From contig CM030333.1 in the NCBI GenBank assembly GCA_017654855.1, positions 1,178,001 through 1,242,000 on the forward strand: a stretch of DNA of 64,000 bases. The letters run 5' to 3'. The position numbers and the translations under genes are program-made. Shown here in pieces: positions 63,743-64,000 of the stretch. The notes beneath the pieces were generated by a model, which was not told the origin of the DNA, ran no database searches, and saw nothing but the letters and a program-made list of their open reading frames with translations. This DNA is from Podospora anserina. Its lineage: Eukaryota. How positions within the stretch are numbered: position 1 is the first letter of the stretch; each line of letters opens with the position of its first letter.

Positions 63743-64000
63743 GAGTTTGGGGGATACCCACTATCGGGCACGAGGTAGCTTGGTTCAGATCGTTTCGGAT
63801 GCCTGATGAGGGGACAGTAGCAGAGGGATCAATGTGGAACGTGGGGAAGCAAGCCACGAGGGGCGAATGGTGAAGCAGAGTGACTGAAGTTGGCGGTTTG
63901 AGGTGCATGTGCCATATCGATTGTTGTGTTATGGTGGTTGTAGAGTATTTGGTCGACCAGCAATATTGTGCCATCTGGCAATGGAACGGCGTTTTCCTAT

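Overview
Eukaryotic, intron-containing DNA from a Sordariales filamentous fungus, most likely Podospora anserina or a sibling species. That assignment rests on the 24-aa pheromone precursor MPSTTAQTKVPQTSTNFNSYCVVM, which I recall as P. anserina MFP. Bases 1-33.8 kb are gene-dense: PIG-Y-domain protein, Zrg17-type CDF zinc transporter, Dug3 amidotransferase, Mgm1 dynamin, cyanase, mfp pheromone precursor, a CCDC137/UPF0653-like protein, TFIIIC tau138, a Ubc6/UBE2J-type E2, cohesin loader Scc4/Ssl3, RPL36 and Dsl1/ZW10. An ~18.7 kb stretch with no recognisable gene and several microsatellites follows. The window ends with a PI-specific phospholipase C, a C2H2 zinc-finger gene and a small RfeG-like gene. 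Exon/intron models were rebuilt by hand from GT..AG and branch signals. mfp and the RfeG-like gene are absent from the ORF track, and RPL36 appears there only as its first exon. The best unexplained signal is an ~470-nt nested set of helices on the minus strand at ~300-770, which looks like an unassigned structured RNA. I found no tRNA, rRNA, CRISPR array or intact transposon. All identifications come from motif recognition only; no searches were run.
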